From a virus: 64,000 nucleotides of DNA. The stretch is from positions 1-64,000 of IMG/VR virus record IMGVR_UViG_3300028025_002789. One strand, 5' to 3'. The translations under genes and the position numbers were made by a program. The notes beneath the pieces were generated by a model that saw nothing but the letters and a program-made list of their open reading frames with translations, was not told the origin of the DNA and made no database searches. Positions 12,264 to 21,781 of the stretch are shown piece after piece (position 1 is the stretch's first letter; each line of letters opens with the position of its first letter).

Positions 12264-13001
12264 ATGAGCGTCGAGGCGGAACAAGAAATAACCTTAACAC
12301 CAATACCACATTATGATGTAGTTATATGTACTCCAGGTAGTAGTATGACAAACTCATATATTTCTAGCTTATTAAATACAATTCAAGCTTTAAACTCAAT
12401 GGGAATTTCTTGGAAATATCAAAATGAATATACTTCAATAGTTGCAACAGCAAGAGAAGGGACAATTGCTGACACTATGAACTTCCAGGTAGATACAAAC
12501 AAACCTGGTCTTGGCAAGTATACATATAATAAAATTTTTATGATTGACTCTGATATTTCATGGGATGTAGATTCATTTTTAAAGTTATATAATTCTGAAG
12601 AAAATATAGTTTCTGGATGTTACTCTGTAATACAATACGAATATATTGCAGCATTTAAATCAATACATGATGGTGTTCCAATTAATTATAATGAAATTAA
12701 AAATGAAGAGTCTTTGATTGAAGTTGGGTCGGTAGGTCTAGGATTTTGTTGTGTAAAAAGTGGAGTATTTGAATCTATTTCAAGGCCATGGTTTTTTTAC
12801 CCAGTTATTCCATATACTGCGGAAGATGGATCTACAATGCAGTCTCCAAATTTTTCAGAAGACACGGCTATTTGCTACAAATGGGTAAATGAGGGAAATA
12901 ACAAGATTATGCTAGATGCTAAAGTAACGGTAACTCATAATAAAATATTTGGATTTAACCTAGATTATTTAAAAAACAAAAACTCTAAAGATGAAGTATA
13001 G
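12264..13001 (+). CDS. GT-A-fold glycosyltransferase-like protein
   Basis: FMIDSDI DxD motif, GLGF, SED...C, THNK. Confidence 0.75.
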   Translation: MSVEAEQEITLTPIPHYDVVICTPGSSMTNSYISSLLNTIQALNSMGISWKYQNEYTSIVATAREGTIADTMNFQVDTNKPGLGKYTYNKIFMIDSDISWDVDSFLKLYNSEENIVSGCYSVIQYEYIAAFKSIHDGVPINYNEIKNEESLIEVGSVGLGFCCVKSGVFESISRPWFFYPVIPYTAEDGSTMQSPNFSEDTAICYKWVNEGNNKIMLDAKVTVTHNKIFGFNLDYLKNKNSKDEV

Positions 13002-13152
13002 GAATACCAGTCAACTAAACTTGGTTGACTAATAAACATATATTATTTTTTTTAAAATATAAAAAACTGCTTCCCATACTAATAAAAGTTTGGTAGAATT
13101 AGTATCTTACTAAAAATTAAATCAAACGACTAAGTCGTAGAAAGAGTGTATT

Positions 13153-15087
13153 ATGTCAAGAGCTATAGAAAACCCTTATGAAAACTTTATTGCATTATCA
13201 AGATATGCACGATGGATTTCTGAAGAAAACCGTCGTGAAACATGGGGGGAAACTGTAGATAGATATTTTGACTACATGCTAGATCATTTAAAAGATAACA
13301 ATAACTATACTCCAGATTTAAAGCTAGTAGAAGAATTAAAAGAGGCAGTCTATAATAGAAACGTTATGCCTTCAATGCGATCTGTAATGACTGCAGGTGC
13401 AGCATTAGATAGAGACCATGTTGCTGGTTACAACTGTTCATTTGTTCCAGTCGATAACCCAAGATCATTTGATGAAACCATGTATATCCTTATGTGTGGA
13501 ACTGGAGTAGGATTCTCTGTTGAGTACAAGTATGTTAATAAACTTCCTTCCGTCCCAGAAACATTTGAAAAGTCTACAACTGTAATTATTGTAGAAGACT
13601 CTAAGCAGGGATGGGCTAAATCTTATCGTGAATTACTAGCCCTACTTTGGACAGGACAGATTCCAGCAATTGATGTTTCTAAAGTCCGTCCAGCGGGAGC
13701 AAGACTTAAAACAATGGGTGGAAGATCTTCTGGTCCACAACCACTTGTAAATCTTTTTGATTTTACTATTGCAAAGTTTAAAAATGCAGCTGGTCGTCAA
13801 TTAAAACCAATTGAAGCTCATGACATTATGTGTAAGATCGGTGAAGTTGTAGTTGTTGGAGGAGTTCGTCGTTCAGCAATGATTTCTCTTTCTAATATTA
13901 ATGATATTGAAATGGCTGCAGCAAAATCAGGTAACTGGTGGGAAAATAATACTCAACGTGCACTTTCAAATAACTCTGTTGCATATTCACGCAAACCAGA
14001 GATGGAACAGTTTATAGCAGAATGGAAAAATCTTTATGACTCAAAATCAGGAGAACGAGGTATATACAATGTGGCCGCAGCTCAGGCCCAAGCAGCCAAG
14101 TTTGGAAGAAGAGATCCAGATATTCACTACGGAACTAACCCATGCTCAGAAATTATTTTACGTCCTTACCAGTTTTGTAACCTTTCAGAAGTCGTACTAC
14201 GTGAAAATGATACAAAGAAAGATATCCAACGCAAAGTCGAACTTGCAACAATTCTTGGTACGTGGCAATCAACACTAACAGATTTTAAGTATCTTCGTAA
14301 AATATGGAAAGACAATACAGAAGAAGAGCGCTTATTAGGTGTTTCATTAACTGGACAGTTTGGACATAAGTTCATGTCTGGTAAAGAGGACCTAGTTTCC
14401 TTAGAGGCATTTTTAATGACTCTAAGAGAAAAGGCAAGAGAAACAAATAAAGATGAGGCTGGGAAAATTGGGATTCCAGAGTCTGCAGCTATTACATGTG
14501 TAAAGCCATCTGGAACAGTATCTCAATTGGTCGGGGTATCTTCAGGAATGCATGCATGGCATTCTCCATATTATATTAGAACAGTACGTGGATCTAAGGG
14601 AGACCCCATTTCTGTTTTCTTGAAAGAAGTTGGGATTCCAGTAGAAGACGATGTAATGAAACCAAACGATACATATGTCTTCTCATTTCCAGTAAAAGCA
14701 CCAGAAGGTGCAATTGTTAGAAATGATTTAACTGCTATAGAGCACCTAAATATTTGGTTGGTATACCAACGTGCTTGGTGTGAACATAAGCCATCTATTA
14801 CTGTTTCTGTAAAGGAAGAAGAGTGGATGGAAGTTGGAGCTTGGGTATATAAGCACTTTGATGAAGTATCTGGAATTTCATTCCTACCTCACTCAGATCA
14901 TTCATATAAGCAGGCACCATATCAGGAAGTTTCAAAAGAAGAGTATGAAGATCTACTAAGCAAGATGCCAAAAACAATTAGATGGGAAGATTTATCTTTC
15001 TATGAGACAGAAGACGGAACATCTACAAACGCCACTCTGGCTTGCAGTTCAGATGGCAATTGCGAACTCGTAGACATTTCTTCATAA
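13153..15087 (+). CDS. nrdJ: class II (adenosylcobalamin) ribonucleotide reductase
   Basis: YNCSF, VVVGGVRRSA, TNPCSEI, KPSGTVS, C-terminal Cys pair; no adjacent small-subunit gene. Confidence 0.93.
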   Translation: MSRAIENPYENFIALSRYARWISEENRRETWGETVDRYFDYMLDHLKDNNNYTPDLKLVEELKEAVYNRNVMPSMRSVMTAGAALDRDHVAGYNCSFVPVDNPRSFDETMYILMCGTGVGFSVEYKYVNKLPSVPETFEKSTTVIIVEDSKQGWAKSYRELLALLWTGQIPAIDVSKVRPAGARLKTMGGRSSGPQPLVNLFDFTIAKFKNAAGRQLKPIEAHDIMCKIGEVVVVGGVRRSAMISLSNINDIEMAAAKSGNWWENNTQRALSNNSVAYSRKPEMEQFIAEWKNLYDSKSGERGIYNVAAAQAQAAKFGRRDPDIHYGTNPCSEIILRPYQFCNLSEVVLRENDTKKDIQRKVELATILGTWQSTLTDFKYLRKIWKDNTEEERLLGVSLTGQFGHKFMSGKEDLVSLEAFLMTLREKARETNKDEAGKIGIPESAAITCVKPSGTVSQLVGVSSGMHAWHSPYYIRTVRGSKGDPISVFLKEVGIPVEDDVMKPNDTYVFSFPVKAPEGAIVRNDLTAIEHLNIWLVYQRAWCEHKPSITVSVKEEEWMEVGAWVYKHFDEVSGISFLPHSDHSYKQAPYQEVSKEEYEDLLSKMPKTIRWEDLSFYETEDGTSTNATLACSSDGNCELVDISS

Positions 15088-15157
15088 TAGGTATATAATA
15101 TAAATTGGGGTAACACCCAAATTCCTGGGCGCAATGCCTAGAAATAGGAGGATCTAC

Positions 15158-15382
15158 ATGACAAAAGATCTTAAAAAGAACGGACTAGTAGAAATGCAAG
15201 AAAAAATTCTAGCAGCGCTAGCAAGTTATGGTCGCCACTTCTTAGGTGCGTCTATTGCTCTTTACATGACTGGAAATACTGACCCAGCAGATTTAATTAA
15301 GGGCGGAATAGCAGCATGTTTGCCAGTTATTCTAAAAGCACTTAATAGCAACGAGCCAGCTTTCGGCTTTACAAAGAAGTAA
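15158..15382 (+). CDS. holin-like small membrane protein
   Basis: Two hydrophobic segments; SD AGGAGG before ATG 15158; second in-frame ATG at 15194. Confidence 0.55.
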   Translation: MTKDLKKNGLVEMQEKILAALASYGRHFLGASIALYMTGNTDPADLIKGGIAACLPVILKALNSNEPAFGFTKK

Positions 15383-15396
15383 TTCTTAAAATCAAT

Positions 15397-15442
15397 TAGG
15401 ATAGCTCCTGTGCTAAAATAAGCATAGGAGTTTTCCTATTTT
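15397..15442 (+). terminator. hairpin/terminator with a TGCTAAAAT extended -10 at its apex
   Basis: TAGGAtAGCTCCTGTGCT...AGCATAGGAGTTtTCCTA-tttt. Confidence 0.55.
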
Positions 15443-15456
15443 AGGAGATTTTGCAA

Positions 15457-15804
15457 ATGGCAGGTAAAAAGAATTTCGAAGTGGATCAAAATACCACTTT
15501 TAGCTTTATTGTTGAGTATAAAGACAACAATGACAATCCAATCAACCTAACAGGGTCCTTGGCTAAACTTCAGGCTAGAGATACACAAGGCGGATCTAAA
15601 CTAGCATTTAGCTTAACTAGTCCAGCAGGCGGAATTACAATTGATGGACCAAATGGTAAAGTAACATGCAAAATGACTCCCACACAAACAAACAAATTAT
15701 TTTATCCAAAGTCCTCATATGACCTTATGATCATAGACTCTAATGGAAATAGAATTAAGCTGCTTGAAGGATTTTTCACACTCAGCAGATCGGTAACTAT
15801 ATAA
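15457..15804 (+). CDS. virion structural protein (BppU N-terminal-like)
   Basis: DQNTTF...PINLTG...YDL...LLEG pattern. Confidence 0.65.
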   Translation: MAGKKNFEVDQNTTFSFIVEYKDNNDNPINLTGSLAKLQARDTQGGSKLAFSLTSPAGGITIDGPNGKVTCKMTPTQTNKLFYPKSSYDLMIIDSNGNRIKLLEGFFTLSRSVTI

Positions 15805-16247
15805 TGGTAGAAAATGTAATTGTAACCGAACAAATAAATAAAGTCATAATTCAAACTCCTGGACCACAAGGCCCAAGAGGAAGAAGTATATTAAATGGAA
15901 ATGGCTCTCCCGCTGAAAATTTTGGTCTCGAAGGAGACTTTTATTACGATAAACTAACAACTAGATTTTATGGCCCAAAACCATCAGATATAACATGGGC
16001 AGGTGCCCCAAACTACCTTTTGAATACAGAAGTTGCTTTTCAGTATGCTTGGGAAATGGTCAATATTACTGGACCAGTATCTGGCATATACTCTGTTGTA
16101 ATAAATCACAATTTAGGATTCTCTCCAAACGTCACTGTTAAGTCAAGCGCTGGAGATGTTTTAGAAACGGGAATAGACTATAATAGTCTTAATACTTTAA
16201 CACTGACAATGGCCCAACCATTCTCAGGGACAGCATATCTGTCCTAA
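15804..16247 (+). CDS. virion protein with short collagen segment
   Basis: GPQGPRG, GDFYYD, HNLG. Confidence 0.7.
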   Translation: MVENVIVTEQINKVIIQTPGPQGPRGRSILNGNGSPAENFGLEGDFYYDKLTTRFYGPKPSDITWAGAPNYLLNTEVAFQYAWEMVNITGPVSGIYSVVINHNLGFSPNVTVKSSAGDVLETGIDYNSLNTLTLTMAQPFSGTAYLS

Positions 16248-16262
16248 GAAGGAGCAAAGAAA

Positions 16263-17669
16263 ATGGCAAGAAAATTTTTAGTAAGCGTTGATCTCAACAA
16301 GAATGAGTTACTCAATGCCAGAATTCAGAACTTAGGTTCTGCCCCATCAAGTCCAGTCACTGGTCAAGTTTACTATGACACATCGAACAACACGATGTAC
16401 TACTACAATGGACTATCCTCACCAGATGGCCCATGGATGCCAATGTCTGGCTCCACAGAGGTTATTCAAGATGTAATTGGTTCATCCGTATTAGCTGGAA
16501 CAGCATTAACATCAACATATAACGACACAGCAGGAACAACAACATTAAGTTTAAATAATACAGCGGTAACAGCTGGAGCATATGGCTCACAAACAAAAAT
16601 TCCTACATTCACAGTAGACGCACAAGGTCGTTTAACTGCAGCTGGTGAAGTAGACGTAGCAACAACACTTACAATTTCAGATGATACCTCCGCAACAATT
16701 GGTATTAACCTTCTAACAGAAACTCTTGAAATAAATGGTGGAGAAGGAATTGATGTATCCGTAACTGGAGACACAGTAACAATTTCAGGAGAAGACGCAT
16801 CCTATACAAACAAGGGTGTTGCATCATTTAGCGCAACAGATTTCGTAGTAACATCTGGAGCTGTAGCACTTAATACTGAATCAATTCAGGACATGATTGG
16901 TGGGATGGTAACATCTCCAAATACTGAAAATGGAATTACAGTAACTTATGATGATTTAAATGGTAAGGTAAACTTTGATGTAAATGATCCAACTATAACA
17001 CTTTCAGGTGACGTAGCAGGATCTGCAACAATGACAGACCTTGGCAACGTAGAAATCACAACAACAATTCAGCCTAACTCTGTAGCCTTGGGAACAGATA
17101 CAACAGGTAACTATGTAGCAACAATTTCTGGAACAACAAACGAAATTGAAGTTTCTGGCTCAGGTTCAGAAAACTCTGCAGTTACAATTGGTCTTCCAAA
17201 TGATGTTCAAATTACTGGAAACCTACAGGTTGGCGGTAACTTAAACGTAGTAGGAACAATTAACTCTGTTAATACTACTCAGGTAAACATTGTTGATAAT
17301 AAGATCAACCTTAATACAGACTTTACTGGAACCCCAACAACAGATGCAGGAATCCGTGTTGAGCGTGGAGATTCCCCAGACGTTGAAATTCTTTGGAATG
17401 AAACAAATGATAATTGGACATTAACAAATAATGGTACAAATTATCACGCAATTACAAGAAAGTTTGTAGAAACTCTATCTACTTCTGCAACATCTTATGT
17501 AGTAACACATAATTTAGGAACATCAGATGTAATGGTACAGGTATCTGAAACAGCATCACCTTACGCAAAAGTAGAAACTGATATTGAACTTACTTCAGCG
17601 TCTACTGTAACAGTAAAGTTTGCTTCAGCACCAGCATCAGGAGCATATAAAGTAGTAGTAATAGGATAA
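16263..17669 (+). CDS. tail fibre-like structural protein
   Basis: T/G/S-rich, VDAQGRLTAA, C-terminal HNLG domain. Confidence 0.75.
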   Translation: MARKFLVSVDLNKNELLNARIQNLGSAPSSPVTGQVYYDTSNNTMYYYNGLSSPDGPWMPMSGSTEVIQDVIGSSVLAGTALTSTYNDTAGTTTLSLNNTAVTAGAYGSQTKIPTFTVDAQGRLTAAGEVDVATTLTISDDTSATIGINLLTETLEINGGEGIDVSVTGDTVTISGEDASYTNKGVASFSATDFVVTSGAVALNTESIQDMIGGMVTSPNTENGITVTYDDLNGKVNFDVNDPTITLSGDVAGSATMTDLGNVEITTTIQPNSVALGTDTTGNYVATISGTTNEIEVSGSGSENSAVTIGLPNDVQITGNLQVGGNLNVVGTINSVNTTQVNIVDNKINLNTDFTGTPTTDAGIRVERGDSPDVEILWNETNDNWTLTNNGTNYHAITRKFVETLSTSATSYVVTHNLGTSDVMVQVSETASPYAKVETDIELTSASTVTVKFASAPASGAYKVVVIG

Positions 17670-17673
17670 AAGA

Positions 17674-18027
17674 ATGGCTAAACAATTTTTAGTACCGCTA
17701 AAACTTGTAAATCTTTCTCAAGATCCAACGGTAGGAACTACTGGAGAGCTTTATCTAAATAGCGTAACTGGTAAGATAAGATTATATGTAAATGGAGCAT
17801 GGGGAGACCTAAGTTCAGGCAGTGGTGGCGGATCTGCAGGATTACTAGAGCACTCACACTCTTATGACGGAACGGTAGTTGGAGTACAAACTACAATTGC
17901 TATTTCGTTTCCAAATTTAGACGGAGGCTCTGTTTATAACATAGTCTCAGCAATTGGAAATGTAGACGGAGGATTCCCAGAATCCTTCTATAGTTTAGAA
18001 GCAGCATATGATGGAGGAGTAGTCTAA
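17674..18027 (+). CDS. virion structural protein
   Basis: N-terminus similar to 16263; DGG repeats. Confidence 0.7.
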   Translation: MAKQFLVPLKLVNLSQDPTVGTTGELYLNSVTGKIRLYVNGAWGDLSSGSGGGSAGLLEHSHSYDGTVVGVQTTIAISFPNLDGGSVYNIVSAIGNVDGGFPESFYSLEAAYDGGVV

Positions 18028-19340
18028 TGGCAGTAACAATTCAATCACGCAGAGGTACTCTATCCAATTGGACAACAGTAAACCCCATCCTTGCCGATGG
18101 CGAAATTGGTATAGACTTAACATCTCTTAGACTTAAAGTAGGTAATGGTACATCAACATGGAATCAGCTAGACTACTCATTTGCTAAGATATTCTTTGGA
18201 TCAAATGCTCCAGCTTCAAATTTAGGATTTAAAAATGACGTATATATTGATAGCCTTACAGGCTTAATTTATAATAAAACAAATGACACTACATGGGCAG
18301 CAGGAACATCTATTGCTGGTAACTATGTAAATCTTTCTGATGTCGGAGTTACAGTAGCATCTCTTTCTGGCGGCAAAATTCCAGATACACAAATACCAGA
18401 TGGAATTGCAAGAGATTCAGAAGTAACAACTGCATTATCAAGTTATGTGCCCACTTCTCAAAAGGGTGCTGTTAGCGGAGTTGCAACATTAGATACTAAT
18501 GGAACAATTCCAGATACACAGATTCCAGCAGCAATTGCTAGAGATTCTGAAGTTACAACAGCAATTAATAATTTAAGCTCAACGCTAACAACATCAATAG
18601 GAAACGTAGCAACAGATTTATCAACAAACTATGTTCCAAATACAGCTAAAGGCACTGCTAACGGAGTAGCAACTTTAGGGTCAGACGGTAAATTAACTGC
18701 TGGACAAATTCCAGCGATTTCAATTGTCGATACTCATGTTGTAGCTAGCCTAGCAGCTCAAAACGCTTTAACTGTTCAAAAAGGTGACTTTGTAATTAGA
18801 ACAGATGAAGGCAAAACATATGTTTATGACGGAGCGGTATATCAAGAAATTCTTACACCAGGCGGTGGAGGAGGATCGGCATTAATCACTTATCAAGCAT
18901 GGTCTCCAACAATAGGTGGATCATTCAGTCTTGGCAATGGATCGGTATCTACTAGATACACGAAGAGCGGACAGTTTGTTCAGGCCAATTTAAGAATTTC
19001 ATGTGGTTCAACGACTAACCTAGGAACAGGACTAACTTTTACAATGCCTACTACACCAGTCGGCACAGTAAATATGTACGGAGCTATCACAAACAATAAG
19101 GTGGGGTACCCACTAACTAAGTTTGCTGAAACCTCTGGAGTAGTAACCGTGGCTGGAGAAGAGAAAAAAATCAGCTACTCAGACTTAACCTCTATTGGAA
19201 CATACCAGGATTTGGCAAATTCATTTGTCAGATATGGAAGAATTACTGGAAATTCTTTCCACACCCCATTAAAGAATAATGGGTTGCTTTTAACTAATCA
19301 GTATGCTACAATAAATTTAACATTTACTTACGAAGGATAA
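18027..19340 (+). CDS. tail fibre with Mtd-N/hyaluronidase-N-like N-terminus
   Basis: IQSRRGT..W...NPILADGEIG...KVGNG; GVATL repeats; IPDTQIP..IARDSEVTTA twice. Confidence 0.8.
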   Translation: MAVTIQSRRGTLSNWTTVNPILADGEIGIDLTSLRLKVGNGTSTWNQLDYSFAKIFFGSNAPASNLGFKNDVYIDSLTGLIYNKTNDTTWAAGTSIAGNYVNLSDVGVTVASLSGGKIPDTQIPDGIARDSEVTTALSSYVPTSQKGAVSGVATLDTNGTIPDTQIPAAIARDSEVTTAINNLSSTLTTSIGNVATDLSTNYVPNTAKGTANGVATLGSDGKLTAGQIPAISIVDTHVVASLAAQNALTVQKGDFVIRTDEGKTYVYDGAVYQEILTPGGGGGSALITYQAWSPTIGGSFSLGNGSVSTRYTKSGQFVQANLRISCGSTTNLGTGLTFTMPTTPVGTVNMYGAITNNKVGYPLTKFAETSGVVTVAGEEKKISYSDLTSIGTYQDLANSFVRYGRITGNSFHTPLKNNGLLLTNQYATINLTFTYEG

Positions 19341-19348
19341 CATAGATT

Positions 19349-19639
19349 ATGGCAGGAACAACTACTAACGGATTACCATATCCTAGTTCTGGAGACAACA
19401 TTGATGTCCCAGCGGATATTCAGGCATTAGCTCAAGCAATTGAGTCTAATTTTATTACAGAAAATATTGTTGATGCAAAAGGTGACTTAATTGTTGCTAC
19501 GGCAAGCAACACTGTAACTAAAGTTCCTCTTGGTTCAAACGGTTATGTTCTAACAGCAGATTCTTCAGAAAGTTCAGGAGTAAAATGGGCGGTACCCTCA
19601 GCGGGTGCTTTCGACCCAATTCTCTTTTTAGGAGTATAA
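19349..19639 (+). CDS. fibre adaptor protein
   Basis: GLPYP..D..DVP N-terminus; AKGDLIVATA repeat; ends DPILFLGV. Confidence 0.7.
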   Translation: MAGTTTNGLPYPSSGDNIDVPADIQALAQAIESNFITENIVDAKGDLIVATASNTVTKVPLGSNGYVLTADSSESSGVKWAVPSAGAFDPILFLGV

Positions 19640-19642
19640 AAA

Positions 19643-19969
19643 ATGGCATCAGATTATAAAGTACTTGGACAGGTAGCACCAGCATCAAACACTGTTGATC
19701 TTTATACCGTTCCTTCAGGAAAATCAGCAGTTGTAACAAATATTATTGTTACAAATCGTCACTCATCTACATCATCATATAGAATTGCTGTAAGACCAGC
19801 AGCCTCAGCAACAAGCAACGAGCACTACATTGCTTACGACATAGATGCCCCAGGCCTTGGAACAACAGCTTTAACATTAGCTTTAACATTGCAGGCAGGC
19901 TATGATCTTGAAGTAACTTCAAGTTCTGCAAATTTATCATTCAGCGCATTTGGAACGGAGATATCATAA
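19643..19969 (+). CDS. small virion beta-sandwich protein
   Basis: YKVLGQ...LYTVP...FGTEI; paralog of the ends of 23322. Confidence 0.75.
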   Translation: MASDYKVLGQVAPASNTVDLYTVPSGKSAVVTNIIVTNRHSSTSSYRIAVRPAASATSNEHYIAYDIDAPGLGTTALTLALTLQAGYDLEVTSSSANLSFSAFGTEIS

Positions 19970-19970
19970 A

Positions 19971-21395
19971 ATGGCAATTAATCAATTAGGTGGCGGTAGC
20001 GCTGCTTTAGAAGCAAAGTTTAATGCAAAGGGAGATATTCTAGTAGCAACAGCAAATGATGCTTCTACCGCAGTTTCAGTTGGAACGAATGGACAAGTTT
20101 TAGTTGCGGATTCCTCTCAAGCAGCAGGAGTAGTTTGGGCAGCAAATGCTCCAGATGTAGCAACAACAAAGGGTGATTTAATCACACGTACAGCATCAGG
20201 ATACGCAAGAATTGGAGTTGGATCTAACGGACAAGGTCTTCTAGCTGACTCATCTACAGCAACAGGATTAGTCTGGGGAGCTCCAGCATCAGTTGCTTAT
20301 TATGACAGAACTCAGGTATTTACATCATCAGGAACATGGACTGCACCAGCTTCAGTAAACAAAGTTAACGTGCTATGTATTGGTGCAGGTGGCGGAGGCG
20401 CTGCAGGTGCACGTATTGGCGCAGGTGCTTCGGCAACAGCAGGTGGTGGTGGCGCAGGAGGAAACGCAGTATACATTAAAGACGTTCCAGTAACCCCAGG
20501 AACAACATACACAGTTGCAATTGGCAGCGGAGGACTTGGTGGAGTAGGATTAAACGTATTCCAGTCAAGCTCTAATACAACACAAACAACTGGCCCAGGT
20601 GGTTCAAATGGTGGAGACACATCATTTGGTTCACTAAACACAGTTCAGTATGTTCTTGCAGCAGGTGGTGAAGGCGGAGGAACATCTAACGTATCAGGTG
20701 GTAGAAATAGACCAAATAACTACTTAGGACAATACACATTTAACTACGGATCAACTTATGGTGGTCAAATGTGGATGGGATACTGGACACAACAAGACGG
20801 ACAGACATTTGATTCCAGTACCGCAAACATGAGAGCTAGATGGTTCAGCACTGAAAGATTCATTGAAACAGGAGACAGCTTTACATATTTAACTGTTGAT
20901 GGAAGCCAGGTAATGCCTGGTGGAGGATCTTCAAGCGGATATGACACAACCACAACTCCAGATCAACAATGGATTAACGGAAAACATGCTGGATCTGGTA
21001 ATCAATCTTCTAGAGATCAGCAACAGCGTTGGAAATCTCCACAATTCTCAAACCTATTAAATATAGTAGGTGGAGGCTCAGCAGGAGCTACAGGAAACGC
21101 TAAAGGTGGAGGCGCAGGTACTCCAGCAGGATACATGGGTGGTGGAGGACTTGGTGGTCGTGCAGATCAAAGTTCTGCAGCTCTTTCTTCAGTAGGTCAT
21201 CAAGGAAACGTAGGAGCAGGTTCTGGCGGAGGCTCTGGATTTAACGGTAACGCTGGAAACGGTGGAAACGCTGCAGCAAACACTGGCTCAGGTGGCGGAG
21301 GTGGCGGAGGTTCATTTGGAGCTTCTACTTATATCTCTGGCTCTGGTGGTACTGGTGGTTCTGGAATAGTAGCACTTTCATGGATAGGAGCATAA
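19971..21395 (+). CDS. glycine-rich fibre/receptor-binding protein
   Basis: Two KGD repeats; FTSSGTWTAP..GAGGGG glycine-rich domain. Confidence 0.8.
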   Translation: MAINQLGGGSAALEAKFNAKGDILVATANDASTAVSVGTNGQVLVADSSQAAGVVWAANAPDVATTKGDLITRTASGYARIGVGSNGQGLLADSSTATGLVWGAPASVAYYDRTQVFTSSGTWTAPASVNKVNVLCIGAGGGGAAGARIGAGASATAGGGGAGGNAVYIKDVPVTPGTTYTVAIGSGGLGGVGLNVFQSSSNTTQTTGPGGSNGGDTSFGSLNTVQYVLAAGGEGGGTSNVSGGRNRPNNYLGQYTFNYGSTYGGQMWMGYWTQQDGQTFDSSTANMRARWFSTERFIETGDSFTYLTVDGSQVMPGGGSSSGYDTTTTPDQQWINGKHAGSGNQSSRDQQQRWKSPQFSNLLNIVGGGSAGATGNAKGGGAGTPAGYMGGGGLGGRADQSSAALSSVGHQGNVGAGSGGGSGFNGNAGNGGNAAANTGSGGGGGGGSFGASTYISGSGGTGGSGIVALSWIGA

Positions 21396-21396
21396 C

Positions 21397-21693
21397 ATGT
21401 CACAATATGTATATGTAAAAGATAATAAAGTAGTAAACCTTGTTGATTTTGTAGATCCCTCAGCGGCTACATTAGACTTGTTTAGAATTTCTGCTGGAGT
21501 AGATTCAATAGTAGAATTCGATGGCTACATTGCAGTAGGAGACGGTTTTGTAAATGGAGTAAGAACTCCTAACAAACCATTTGAAGGATGGGTTCTATCA
21601 GAAGATGGTTCTTACTACCTTCCTCCAACAAACAAACCTTCAGACGATCATGTATGGTCTGATGAAGATGAAGACTGGGTTTTACCAGCTTAA
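21397..21693 (+). CDS. fibre-associated chaperone-like protein
   Basis: KPFEGWVL...PP..KP...WSDEDEDW. Confidence 0.65.
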   Translation: MSQYVYVKDNKVVNLVDFVDPSAATLDLFRISAGVDSIVEFDGYIAVGDGFVNGVRTPNKPFEGWVLSEDGSYYLPPTNKPSDDHVWSDEDEDWVLPA

Positions 21694-21708
21694 TTAAAAT
21701 GCATTAAT

Positions 21709-21742
21709 AATAAATGGCCTACTTCGGTAGGCCATTTATTTT
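21709..21742 (+). terminator. intrinsic terminator
   Basis: AATAAATGGCCTAC-TTCG-GTAGGCCATTTATTTT. Confidence 0.9.
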
Positions 21743-21781
21743 ATACTTAATTAAATTAAATTGTGAGGTATAATAAGATAT

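Noticed and set aside
13002-13152. NrdR boxes or a cobalamin riboswitch upstream of nrdJ
   Set aside because: No convincing NrdR consensus pair, and the region is too short and AT-rich for a B12 riboswitch.
13153-15087. Intron or intein in the RNR (also checked helicase and capsid)
   Set aside because: ORFs are continuous, of ordinary length, with no splicing motifs noticed.
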